From: an uncultured Acetatifactor sp.
GTDB lineage: Bacteria > Bacillota > Clostridia > Lachnospirales > Lachnospiraceae
Assembly: GCA_934433135.1 (NCBI GenBank)
Contig: CAKRZO010000003.1
Location: 113,511 to 177,510, forward strand
DNA: 64,000 nt
Reading direction: 5' to 3'
A program made the translations under genes and the position numbers. Shown piece by piece: positions 23,171 to 32,159 of the stretch; position 1 is the first letter of the stretch, and every line of letters begins with the position of its first letter. The notes under the pieces are model-generated. The model was not told the origin of the DNA. It made no database searches and saw only the letters and a program-made list of their open reading frames with translations.

Positions 23171-23317
23171 GGAATAATGTATTCCAAACCCTGTGTAACA
23201 CTACCTTACTTCTTATCGCTTCCTCTATTCTATCTTCTGTCTCCCCAAAAAGTCAATAGCATACCGGTTTCTCAATAAAGATTTCAGATAAAGGGGCACT
23301 GTACACATGCAATGTCA

Positions 23318-23520
23318 TGATATCAGGGTCAAAAGGTCGAAAAGCCGTTCGTGCTTGCACGATGAGGCTTTTGACCTTGGGACCCGTCAAACATGAGGAA
23401 GTAGCGATTTACGCAGTAAATCAGCGGATTCCGAATGTTTTAGAATTGCGGGAGCTGCTTTGCAGCGGAGCAATTCGTGATATCAAATGAGGGGCAAAAT
23501 ACCTTTTGACCCTCATATCA
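23318..23520 (+). mobile_element. MITE copy 2 (203 bp, about 98% identical to copy 1, TSD TGTCA)
   Basis: Same TIRs as copy 1. Flanking TGTCA at 23313-23317 and 23521-23525. Confidence 0.8.
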
Positions 23521-23656
23521 TGTCATTTAGTTAAGGGTTAAACCCAAATCTTTCAAAAAAATGGAATCCTGTTTATCTCTGCCACAAACAACCTGCACCA
23601 CCTCCTCAAAATGGGTATAAAAATACCACCGGTCTGTTGACTGGTGGTGTCTACTC

Positions 23657-23812
23657 CTCAACTATCTCAAATTGTTCTGGTGGATAGAGATAATCATCGC
23701 CTGAATCATCAATCACGCGATACCATCCCTTTTCAACTGACATGACTTCATACACCTTATCGTGTGTTAATACTAAAAAATCAGTTTTCCCTTTCCATTT
23801 AGCTTTCATTTT
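23657..23812 (-). CDS. Small hypothetical protein (52 aa, MKAKWKGKTDFLVLTHDKVYEV...)
   Basis: Not in the ORF track because it is under 60 aa. Strong RBS GAGAGGTGAG 6 nt upstream of the ATG. Confidence 0.35.
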
Positions 23813-23839
23813 CTCACCTCTCAAGTTCAAACCAGATCT

Positions 23840-24088
23840 TCACTCCACTTCTTCCTGACGTTTTTCCCGTGCTAAATATTCTTCGGCTACTCTTTTTGCA
23901 TCTCCGACATCAATATCCGTGCCATTTACATTTTTACAAACCTGCTCCCATTCAGGCTTCTGCTTAAACCTCTCCGGAACCGCCTCTTTTTTTATAATTC
24001 CGTCAGCTGCATCTGCGTTCTCCACACAGTCAATATTTTCAATTTTTTTATCCACTAATGGACACATAACAAAATCAGAATCATCCAC
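23840..24088 (-). CDS. Small acidic hypothetical protein with CxxxxC..C motifs
   Basis: 82-aa ORF with a GTG/ATG start ambiguity. Confidence 0.35.
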   Translation of the reverse strand: MDDSDFVMCPLVDKKIENIDCVENADAADGIIKKEAVPERFKQKPEWEQVCKNVNGTDIDVGDAKRVAEEYLAREKRQEEVE

Positions 24089-24243
24089 GTTTCAATATCT
24101 CCATTGCTTTTGCTGCATCGTCATACTGTTCATTCCTGAATGCAGTCTTTTTGCATTTTGTATTATTGTCCACAAATACTGTGCCTGCAGTTAATGCTGA
24201 GGATGCCGTCTGCCCTACACCCAACGGCATTTTTTCTAAATAC

Positions 24244-24282
24244 GGCATGATCCGGATAGCGGTTTGCCATCCGGATCATGCC
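24244..24282. promoter_or_regulatory. Perfect 14-bp inverted repeat (GGCATGATCCGGAT-N11-ATCCGGATCATGCC)
   Basis: Lies immediately downstream of the lipoprotein-1 gene. Could be a stem-loop terminator or a protein-binding palindrome. No canonical U-tract. Confidence 0.4.
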
Positions 24283-24312
24283 AGGAAAAAATCAACCTAC
24301 ATCTCATGCTTT

Positions 24313-25320
24313 TCAGAAACGGCTAAAAATCTGCGTGCTGACAGTAGAAACTCCGTCTGTGTCTTTGAGACGCACCTGGAATAGCAGAGTATCTTCATCC
24401 AGTACCGTGACGTAGAATTCCTCTTCCATATAGTTTTGGTATACCGGTTCCGCGCCGGACAAACGGAGGCACCATGCTTCGTTGCCGCAACCCGCATAAA
24501 CAGGTGTTTCCTGATAGTCTGCTGTCATTGCCCGAGCCTCCCTGAAATAACCGGGATGCCACTCATCGTAGAAATCTACGCCGTTCGGTTCCTCATCATC
24601 CCATGAACTGTGAAATGTCAACGTACGGTTGATTTCCATTTCACCAGCTGTGAATTTCCAGACCTCCGACTCCCCTTCTGTAACAGTCTCGCCGGAAACC
24701 ATGTGCCATTGACCAAGCAGATCCGCCATGCAGTATTCCCCACCCCTGGCCGGCATAGGCTGCTGCTCCAGCCAGAACCGGTCACCAAAGAGTTCCAGCC
24801 TCAGCTGGCCATTCTCCATATAACCTTGTGCAAAAACCGCATCTTCGTTTGTTCTGCTATCCTCCGTACTCAGAAAAAAGCCACCACTGCCATCCGGATA
24901 CCAGAAGCAGTCCGGAGTAATCCCAAGCAGAAGATGGTATGGACCGATATAGTCAAATGTTTGAGGCTTCCACTCCCGATATCGGGCTGCACCATCTTCC
25001 AGCAAATATAATTCAATGGTCCAATCTTCCTCGGGCAATGTTCCTTCCAGTATCTGACCTTCTCTGTTTATAGTGTACCTGTTTGCTTGCCAGCAAGTAT
25101 TCGTCCACGGATCTTCACTTTCTTTCTGTTCCGAAGTGCTTTCGGGCAAGGCATCCGAATAAGTGCTGCTTCCTTCATTGACAGGCTGTAGCGCTCCGGA
25201 TGAGCCGTTCTCATTCCCTTTTTTCCCACACGATGCCAGTGCCAGCGGCAACAGCAGACAAAGCAACGCTGCCACAAATTTACTTCTTCTCATGTCTGTC
25301 CTCCTCGTCTTTTTATCCAC
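24313..25320 (-). CDS. Lipoprotein, unknown function (paralog 1 of 3)
   Basis: Signal peptide with lipobox LASCG. The probable start is the internal Met (MRRSKFVAALL). Confidence 0.55.
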   Translation of the reverse strand: MDKKTRRTDMRRSKFVAALLCLLLPLALASCGKKGNENGSSGALQPVNEGSSTYSDALPESTSEQKESEDPWTNTCWQANRYTINREGQILEGTLPEEDWTIELYLLEDGAARYREWKPQTFDYIGPYHLLLGITPDCFWYPDGSGGFFLSTEDSRTNEDAVFAQGYMENGQLRLELFGDRFWLEQQPMPARGGEYCMADLLGQWHMVSGETVTEGESEVWKFTAGEMEINRTLTFHSSWDDEEPNGVDFYDEWHPGYFREARAMTADYQETPVYAGCGNEAWCLRLSGAEPVYQNYMEEEFYVTVLDEDTLLFQVRLKDTDGVSTVSTQIFSRF

Positions 25321-25386
25321 GTTCAGTCTTCCGTTTCCGTCATAAAAGATTTTCCGTAACAGCGAATAATCGTTGTTGTATCTTCA

Positions 25387-26529
25387 TTATTCCATACCTG
25401 TGTTGTCTCTGCGCCGGTCTTCTCCTTCAAACACAGTGGTGCATCCTCTATATCCATCAATAAAAGGATCCCCCTCAACATGGGTCAATCTAAGTACGGA
25501 TGTGCCAGGCTCGTCTCTCCGCTCCCAGCTCCAAACACCACATATCTCATCATGAAGTTCTCCCGAACCATATTGCCCCCACAGATTGTTATCCTCAATA
25601 CCCTCTATAAGATACAACCGGAAAACCAGGCATTCTGACCCGAACTGAGCCACCAGGTCGTCCGGCCTGCTCCAGGTGCCTTCATACAAAGCAATCGGCT
25701 CACTGCCACCGCGGTCATAACTGTAAGTAAGATTTCCCCCTCGCTGGATATTCAGGTTCAGAGAGATACAGGCTCCTAATTCTGCAGGAACCAGGCCGGA
25801 CCATATACCAACAAAGTCAGGATCATGATACATGCTAAAATCAAAAATTTCAGGCGAAACTGACAGTGAGCCATCGTAGAGTGACAAAGATGGCTGGTAA
25901 CTCAGTTTTTCCCCATTGCTGTCCATAATTTCTACATCCAGACTGGGCATGATATCGCTGAGATTGCCCAAAAGGAGGACAGGCTCCCCACATTCGCTGC
26001 GATAAAGTACTTGGCTGCTTTCACCACGAAACTCGTTGTTCTCGTTGATATCCCATGTATTGACCGCTATGGAAGCCCGGGGATCTGTAGGAACGATGCA
26101 ATAGACCTCATATCCACCCTCTGGATGGGTAATCCACCGCTCAGGTGGTATTTCCATAATAAATGGGTATGCATCCAGATATTGCTCTGCCTCCTTTGAT
26201 GCCAGAAAGCCCGCAATATCTTCTCCGGGCTCCAAGGCGACGCCTAAAAAAGCTACGGAACAGATACAGCTGTCTGCCTGTGCCCCGTCACGAAGCTCAT
26301 TCAATACTTTCCCGCCCTCGGCTGAAAGCCGGGGGGGTTGTTTCTTACTATCATCGGCGCCGGATATGTCGCTATTCTCTGTGGATGTATCAAAGTTCTC
26401 TTTACTGGTCATTTTTTCGTTCCGACTCTCTGAAGGCAGCGGGAATCCGTTTCCCAACCGCTCCTGCTCCCTGCCGCAGGCGCTAAGGAGCAAAGTGAGT
26501 AAAAAAGCAAGCATCAATCGGTATTTCAT
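25387..26529 (-). CDS. Lipoprotein, unknown function (paralog 2 of 3)
   Basis: Lipobox LSACG. Shares the block YCIVPTDPRASIAV with paralog 3 (YCVVPRDDRTSLSV). Confidence 0.6.
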   Translation of the reverse strand: MKYRLMLAFLLTLLLSACGREQERLGNGFPLPSESRNEKMTSKENFDTSTENSDISGADDSKKQPPRLSAEGGKVLNELRDGAQADSCICSVAFLGVALEPGEDIAGFLASKEAEQYLDAYPFIMEIPPERWITHPEGGYEVYCIVPTDPRASIAVNTWDINENNEFRGESSQVLYRSECGEPVLLLGNLSDIMPSLDVEIMDSNGEKLSYQPSLSLYDGSLSVSPEIFDFSMYHDPDFVGIWSGLVPAELGACISLNLNIQRGGNLTYSYDRGGSEPIALYEGTWSRPDDLVAQFGSECLVFRLYLIEGIEDNNLWGQYGSGELHDEICGVWSWERRDEPGTSVLRLTHVEGDPFIDGYRGCTTVFEGEDRRRDNTGME

Positions 26530-26553
26530 GTTATTGTTCCTTTCCGGATCTAT

Positions 26554-27762
26554 TTATCCATAGGAGCGGGTCATCTCCGTAGAGCTCACGCCATCATCAA
26601 AGAAAGGCGGACACATATTGTTATCTCTGTCCCGCTGGATATGCAGGTACTCCCCTGACGGATCGATCAGGACAGGAAAGATGCCGCTGGCATCGCTGGG
26701 AGAATTCCCTACTCCCGTGGAGACAATCAGCTGCAGACAGTCATCCACCATCCGCCAAATGCCGGAATAGATCAGTTGATATTCCTGCCCATCCTCGAAC
26801 TGGCAATACAGTTCGGCAATGCCTGCATAGTCCGGATCACATTCTCCGCCAAGCAAATTCAAAGACCATCCGTTGCACACCCAACAGGTATCCTTCAGTA
26901 CTTCCTCTGTGGGCGGTACCCACCAGCCATCATCTGTTGGCTCCCAGCCATCCGGATCGCCCCAATAATCCATACCCGTGAAATCTCCATAAATAGTAAA
27001 GTCCAGAACCAGGGGTTCATAGTCCTCGCCTGTAGGAATGATCATATAACCTCCATCCCCCTCGCTCCACACCGGATACCATTTCACCAGGCCACCTGCG
27101 CCACCGCTGTCGCTGGCAATGATCTCTATATCCGGCTCATCGTAAAATTCCTCATAATCTACAAATATCAGCACCGGCTGGGCACTTGCTTTCCGGTAAA
27201 GGACTTTATCCGATTCAGGCCAGACTCCGTTGCCTGTGGATTTCCACGTGACATGACTCACTGAGAGAGAAGTTCTGTCATCTCTGGGCACGACGCAATA
27301 AAGATCCCCATAGCCGGAACCCAGAATGTACTCGGACGGGATCGTTTGGATAAAGGGCATCTCCTCAGCCAATCCGGGCGAGTTGTTCCACAACCATTCT
27401 GTCAGAGAAGTGGTATCATCCGCCTCCCGATAGCCAAGGTATGCTGCAGCCATCACTGCCTGCGGAGCGTATTCCACCATATATTCTCGCAACCGGGTCA
27501 ATGCCTCCTGCTCCTTTTCTTCCTCCGGTGCGGCAGGCATAGTCTTATCCGGCTGACCTCCGCCGTCGGTCGATTCTCTTTTGCCGCTACTGTCATCGAT
27601 CGTCATAGATGCTGCGCCGCTGCCGGTGTCACCCTGCGGCTCACTGCCGCAGGCAGCGAAGCTCAGCAGGAACAGAAACGCCAGAAGAGCGGGTGCAATC
27701 CGCATTATCATTCTCCTCATGAATTTGTTCCTCCTTAAAATTTCCCGCCACAGGCCGGACAC
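26554..27762 (-). CDS. Lipoprotein, unknown function (paralog 3 of 3)
   Basis: Lipobox FAACG. The start is probably the internal MRRMIMRIA. Confidence 0.6.
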   Translation of the reverse strand: MSGLWREILRRNKFMRRMIMRIAPALLAFLFLLSFAACGSEPQGDTGSGAASMTIDDSSGKRESTDGGGQPDKTMPAAPEEEKEQEALTRLREYMVEYAPQAVMAAAYLGYREADDTTSLTEWLWNNSPGLAEEMPFIQTIPSEYILGSGYGDLYCVVPRDDRTSLSVSHVTWKSTGNGVWPESDKVLYRKASAQPVLIFVDYEEFYDEPDIEIIASDSGGAGGLVKWYPVWSEGDGGYMIIPTGEDYEPLVLDFTIYGDFTGMDYWGDPDGWEPTDDGWWVPPTEEVLKDTCWVCNGWSLNLLGGECDPDYAGIAELYCQFEDGQEYQLIYSGIWRMVDDCLQLIVSTGVGNSPSDASGIFPVLIDPSGEYLHIQRDRDNNMCPPFFDDGVSSTEMTRSYG

Positions 27763-27824
27763 TGGTAATTTGTTGTTGCCTGTAAAGGGATGGCATTTTT
27801 ATCTCCCTTACCGTTTTATTTTCT

Positions 27825-28367
27825 TCAGATCAGCTTAGAGCCGCAGTATTGGCAAGAGGTAGCCCATCCGGGGCGCACGACATTCTTCCCGCCGCAATGT
27901 GGACAAACAATCGTTTTGTATTGCTCTTTTTGGGTATCTTTGTTAAAGGCTGTCAGCATGATACGTTTGTTAGGTGTATCAAGACTGACGTTCTTTAAGT
28001 ATCCTTTTTGGATCATATTACGTACCTTGCGTTCCACATTTCTTCCGCCAATGACTCCGGAGAGCTGTTCAAAGGAAATCTCCGGCTCAGGGCTGGCGAA
28101 AAAACATTCCGCCAGCCGGTTTGCGAACCGGCTGGCGCACTGGCGACGGATCGGTCCAAGCGTGCCCTTCCAGATACACAGGATACCCATTGAAAGCATG
28201 AACAGCTCCGCCAACACACTGCCCACGTCAAACTCCAGATCCACCTCGAAAACGGATGACGCAATGATCACACCTAAAAGTACGAATGCCGCCATACGAA
28301 TCAGTTCCCCTGCCCTATAGCCCAGTCGAACTTTTTCAGTCAGGTAAAGTTCCATATTAATCTCCAT
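27825..28367 (-). CDS. Membrane protein with two TM helices and a C-terminal zinc ribbon
   Basis: CPHCGG...CQYCG. The probable start is Met5, which has RBS GGAGA. Confidence 0.5.
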   Translation of the reverse strand: MEINMELYLTEKVRLGYRAGELIRMAAFVLLGVIIASSVFEVDLEFDVGSVLAELFMLSMGILCIWKGTLGPIRRQCASRFANRLAECFFASPEPEISFEQLSGVIGGRNVERKVRNMIQKGYLKNVSLDTPNKRIMLTAFNKDTQKEQYKTIVCPHCGGKNVVRPGWATSCQYCGSKLI

Positions 28368-28397
28368 TCTGCAGACGCTTTAACATCGGAAGAATCG

Positions 28398-28464
28398 CGC
28401 GTCAAATTTCAGATTAGACGCTGCGATAAAGGCTGCTTTGTGACGCCTGCGGCACAAATAGCCG
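28398..28464 (+). repeat. Conserved intergenic module, copy 1 (palindrome GTCAAATTTCAGATTAGAC + CTGCTTTGTGACGCCTGCGGCACAAATAGCC)
   Basis: Related copies occur at 34681-34738 and 40485-40545. Confidence 0.6.
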
Positions 28465-28607
28465 TATAAATTTCGATCAGAACCTCAGTGAGCGTCAGAA
28501 GAAGTGTCAAATTCTTGCTTCATCTTTTCACTTTCATACTCCTTCGTTTTGTATATTATGCTCTGTACATTGAAAGCGCTGCTTTAGGATCTGCTCCTGC
28601 GACTGCT

Positions 28608-29366
28608 TCATTCCTTACCTGTTCCCGCCCCCCGCCGGAGCAATGCATCCCGGATCTCCAGCCCCATTGCCTCATACCGCCGGTACTCCACGCCGGCTCG
28701 TAGTTCTTCTTCGTTGGAGACAGGGGTACCACCTCTCGCACTACCCATAATTGCTTTGGCAGCCCTTCCGGATCGGGTACTGCCACGCAGCGGACGCATG
28801 GCCTCCACTTCATCCGGCATAGTCTTCGTATCGTTGCCTGCAGAGGAATCGTTCAACTTAAAGCGGATTTCGTTAAAGAATGGATTGCTGACATTGATCA
28901 CGATACAGAAGTCATAGGAACAGGTGTACTGCCGGGAATTAAAGCCATGCCGTTTGCCTCCCGCGTCTTTCTCCTCAATCTCGATTTCGCTTTCGTTGAT
29001 ATCCAGCTTGCATCCGGTTACATCTGAAAGAGCCAGCACATCCGGATTAGCTTCCATCAGATTTCTGGTTGCAGTCACCATAAACAACCCTGCGTCCTCA
29101 TCCAACAGCACCTTAGTGTCCTCACCCAGGATACGGGTAATATGAAAAGCGGCAACCCTTATCTTATTGGCTTCCCGGTAAGCCAGCTGCTCTTTGATTT
29201 CTTCCACGGTGGTTTGCCTCCGGTTACTAAACCATGGGGAGAGTTTTGCCTCACAATCTTTGCAGTAATTTTTGCCTCCCGGCTTTCGATTGTCCAACCA
29301 CTCGATCTCGCTGCCGCAGATAGCGCATCCCTTTTTCTCAAAGCGTTTTCCAAACAGTGCCATCAT
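28608..29366 (-). CDS. Zinc-ribbon protein (N-terminal CxxC...CxxC), unknown function
   Basis: 252 aa. CAICGSEI...CKDCEAKL. Confidence 0.5.
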   Translation of the reverse strand: MMALFGKRFEKKGCAICGSEIEWLDNRKPGGKNYCKDCEAKLSPWFSNRRQTTVEEIKEQLAYREANKIRVAAFHITRILGEDTKVLLDEDAGLFMVTATRNLMEANPDVLALSDVTGCKLDINESEIEIEEKDAGGKRHGFNSRQYTCSYDFCIVINVSNPFFNEIRFKLNDSSAGNDTKTMPDEVEAMRPLRGSTRSGRAAKAIMGSARGGTPVSNEEELRAGVEYRRYEAMGLEIRDALLRRGAGTGKE

Positions 29367-29524
29367 GATTTATCTCCTCGCTCCTTATTTCTTGTGCCGA
29401 TGACCTCCCGCATCGGATATACTGACCCTGCTGCCCTCATACCGGAAGCACTGACATGCCCCACCGTTCCCATTCGTTGAGCGGCGTGGTTGCGCCTTCT
29501 GACGGGTATTCCGGAATCCTGCCT

Positions 29525-29805
29525 TTATTTGCACTTTGCTGTGAGCATTGTCCCGCACTGAGGACAAAAGTTTACGTTGTCAGGAAGCACGGTTTCACAT
29601 ACCGGACAGCGACGGTGCAGATTAAGGTAAAACTGGTAAAGTGTTTCTCGAGGAAGTTGGCTGCCGCATTCTCCACAGGTTCGCTTCGCTGCAGGGGCTG
29701 TCGCGCCGCAATTGGCGCAAACTTTGATCTGCTTCATAGCTTCCGGTCCGAATCCATATTGTTTCATGCTTTCCGTACGGATCTTCTCAATTTGCTGTCT
29801 TGTCA
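29525..29805 (-). CDS. Double zinc-ribbon protein (93 aa, MTRQQIEKIR...)
   Basis: Two CxxC-x-CxxC pairs. RBS GGAGGAGAGGG. The ATG overlaps the stop of the upstream gene (ATGA). The 199-aa ORF in the track is an artefactual N-terminal extension. Confidence 0.5.
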
Positions 29806-29807
29806 TT

Positions 29808-30176
29808 TCATAATCCCTCTCCTCCGTATTGAAGTCGTTTGCCGCAACGAGGACAAAATATCCCCACGGAGGTGATCTCTTTGCCGCAATGGGAGCAGTA
29901 ACGAGGAAATCTTTCCCACGGCGCACATTCCACGCATTCTGCCACATCAGCATTATACATGGCATTCGATACCCATTTGCCGCACTTGTGGCATCGGTTA
30001 AAATATTTCCTTGCGTCCTTCCAGGCGGTTTCCAGTCCCTTCTCCTGTGTTTCTGCCCGGACTGACCCGGTCGTATGCAACAAAGCACCTGTGATGTCAC
30101 AAAAGAAGCTGTACCGATTCCCACCTGAATCAGCGATTACTCTATAGTGTGCTGTTTTATGAGCAAGCACCATCAA
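29808..30176 (-). CDS. Zinc-ribbon protein (122 aa)
   Basis: CHKCGKW...CVECAP and CSHCGKE...CPRCGK. Confidence 0.5.
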   Translation of the reverse strand: MMVLAHKTAHYRVIADSGGNRYSFFCDITGALLHTTGSVRAETQEKGLETAWKDARKYFNRCHKCGKWVSNAMYNADVAECVECAPWERFPRYCSHCGKEITSVGIFCPRCGKRLQYGGEGL

Positions 30177-30193
30177 ACCCTTCCTTTCTTTTT

Positions 30194-30229
30194 TGACTCT
30201 CGATTAAGTCTTGATTGTATGGTATAATA
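30194..30229 (+). promoter_or_regulatory. Putative sigma-A promoter with extended -10 (TGgTATAAT at 30221-30229); TTGACT lies upstream at non-canonical spacing
   Basis: Sequence motif only. It would give a structured leader of about 290 nt ahead of the sensor operon. Confidence 0.3.
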
Positions 30230-30240
30230 GAAACCGCGAG

Positions 30241-30276
30241 GAGGCAAAGAGAAATTTGCGCAGGTGATTTTTCACA
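30241..30276 (+). repeat. Partial (5' half) copy of the 110-bp hairpin element
   Basis: cgcgaggaggcaaagagaaatttgcgcaggtgatttttcac versus 59641-59685 (cgcgaggcggcgatgagaaattcgcgcaggcgatttttcat). Confidence 0.6.
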
Positions 30277-30431
30277 TTACCTCCCTCGGTATTACCTGTA
30301 CCCGTATTTTAAGCAGTTTCTGCGCTTTTGTCCCCACCCCAAACCCTTAAAAGGGTAGGAATAAAGCGAAAAAATCTGATTCTCCTGCCACCCTAAACCG
30401 AAAACAGACAGGAAGCGCAAAAAAATCAGGT

Positions 30432-32159
30432 TTGGTTCAAAGCCAGGATCGGAAATACTGCAAATTAGGATACAAGGGAAGATCCTGTGACGAGAATCTA
30501 TATTTTGCGAGGAGGAGCCCATGCATGGTTAAGCAGAGTCAAAAAACAGGAATATTGGTAGCTGTGCTGGTCATCTGTGCTGTCCTGGCTCGCATTTCAG
30601 GAAAATTTGATGTTCTTCCCACACCGTTTGGCCTGGTTCGCGCGATGATTTATATCGGTCTGTATATTGGCTGGGGACTCTCCGTCAGCCATCGCATTTT
30701 ACCAATAAGAGTGCGCTGCTATATGATCGGTATTTCATTACTGACCGTTTTCTGGTTTGTTATACAGTCAGTAAAATATTTTTTTGTGGCTGATCCTGCT
30801 CTGATCCGGAATCTATGGTATTGGTACTATTGTCCTATGCTGTTCATACCCCTTTTTTCCGTGTTTGTTTCCCTGTCTCTGGGTAAGCCGGAAAACTTCC
30901 ATTTACCGAAATGGTCAAGGCTGTTATATCTTCCCACCCTGCTACTTCTGCTGTTGGTGCTGACAAATGATTTCCACCAGCTCGTTTTTTTCTTTCCGGC
31001 AGGAGTGGTTTGGAGCGATACACATAAGGTCTATGCGTACGGATATTATTTTGTTATCGGATGGGAAATTACCTGTGCACTGACCGCATTTGTGATTATG
31101 CTCATCAAATGCCGTGTGACACAGAGAAAAAAATACCTGCCGGCGCTTCTGCTGTCCTGCTCCATCATATACGCATTTATCTACGCCAGCGGAGCCAGGT
31201 GGATGCAGGTGATAGGAGGAGATATTACCGCAGTGCAATGCCTGCTGTTTACCGCAATGCTGGAAAGCTGCATCCGGTGCGGATTGATCCAGGCCAATAC
31301 CGGCTATGTCGAGTTATTTGAAGCAGGAACCTTCCGTGCCCAGATTGCCGATAATGACCATAAAGTTCGTTATGCCTCTGCAGAGGCATCAGTGCTTTCT
31401 GAACAAACTATGTGTGCAGCAGAGGAAGGCTCTTTCCATCTTGACAAACATACCTTGCTGAAAAGTTACCCCATCCAGGGCGGTCATGTGTATTGGCAGG
31501 AAGATATCACCGACTTCTCCGTCCTGCTTGATAAGCTGGAGGAAAACAGAGCGAAAATTGCTGAGCACAATCATCTGGAACAGGAGAATTATCGAATCAG
31601 GCTGAAAATTCATACCCTACGGGAACAGAATCGCCTCTATGATCTCCTGCAGGAAGAAACCGCCCATCAGATCAATTTGCTGAACAACCTGTTTTTCCGA
31701 TATAATGAAGAAGAAAATCCGGAAAAGCGCCATAACCTGCTTGCCAGAATTACTGTAATTGGCACTTACATAAAGCGCAGAGGCAATCTGCTCTTTATCC
31801 GTGAAAAAAGTGAAACCACCGATTCCGGAGAACTGGCTTTATGCATGGAAGAATCCTTTGCAAATTTGAAGTTAATGGGCGTAGAATGTGAGGCTAATAT
31901 TCCGAAAGGCTGCAAAATCTTTACCCGGGATGCGATTTTAGTCTATGACTTTTTTGAAAAAATAATTGAGACTGCCATAGCTGATTTGCGCTTTGTTTGG
32001 TTGAAAGCGCGTATTCTTACCGATTCGATCATCCTCCGTATGGAGGTGGAGTGCGAAAGCTCTCTTGTAGATCTTCAGGATATTTGTGAAAGCTGCTCCT
32101 TTGAGGATGGCGTATGGCGCCTTATCCTCCGCATCGGGAAGGCAGGTGAACCACTGTGA
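30432..32159 (+). CDS. Polytopic membrane sensor protein with degenerate HisKA_3/HATPase-like C-terminus (putative pseudo-kinase or co-sensor)
   Basis: About 7 TM segments, then an H-box-like block YRIRLKIHTLREQ but no clear N/G boxes. The likely start is ATG 30521/30525 after RBS GAGGAGG. The 3' end overlaps the HK start (GTGA). Confidence 0.55.
   Translation: MVQSQDRKYCKLGYKGRSCDENLYFARRSPCMVKQSQKTGILVAVLVICAVLARISGKFDVLPTPFGLVRAMIYIGLYIGWGLSVSHRILPIRVRCYMIGISLLTVFWFVIQSVKYFFVADPALIRNLWYWYYCPMLFIPLFSVFVSLSLGKPENFHLPKWSRLLYLPTLLLLLLVLTNDFHQLVFFFPAGVVWSDTHKVYAYGYYFVIGWEITCALTAFVIMLIKCRVTQRKKYLPALLLSCSIIYAFIYASGARWMQVIGGDITAVQCLLFTAMLESCIRCGLIQANTGYVELFEAGTFRAQIADNDHKVRYASAEASVLSEQTMCAAEEGSFHLDKHTLLKSYPIQGGHVYWQEDITDFSVLLDKLEENRAKIAEHNHLEQENYRIRLKIHTLREQNRLYDLLQEETAHQINLLNNLFFRYNEEENPEKRHNLLARITVIGTYIKRRGNLLFIREKSETTDSGELALCMEESFANLKLMGVECEANIPKGCKIFTRDAILVYDFFEKIIETAIADLRFVWLKARILTDSIILRMEVECESSLVDLQDICESCSFEDGVWRLILRIGKAGEPL

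Noticed and set aside
29525-30124. 199-aa ORF as a real gene
   Set aside because: It almost completely overlaps the 122-aa zinc-ribbon gene in another frame. A clear RBS and ATGA coupling define a 93-aa product instead.
30380-30400. T-box-like AGGGTGG motif on the minus strand
   Set aside because: Only a partial match to the T-box consensus. Wrong strand for any plausible target and no specifier or antiterminator context.
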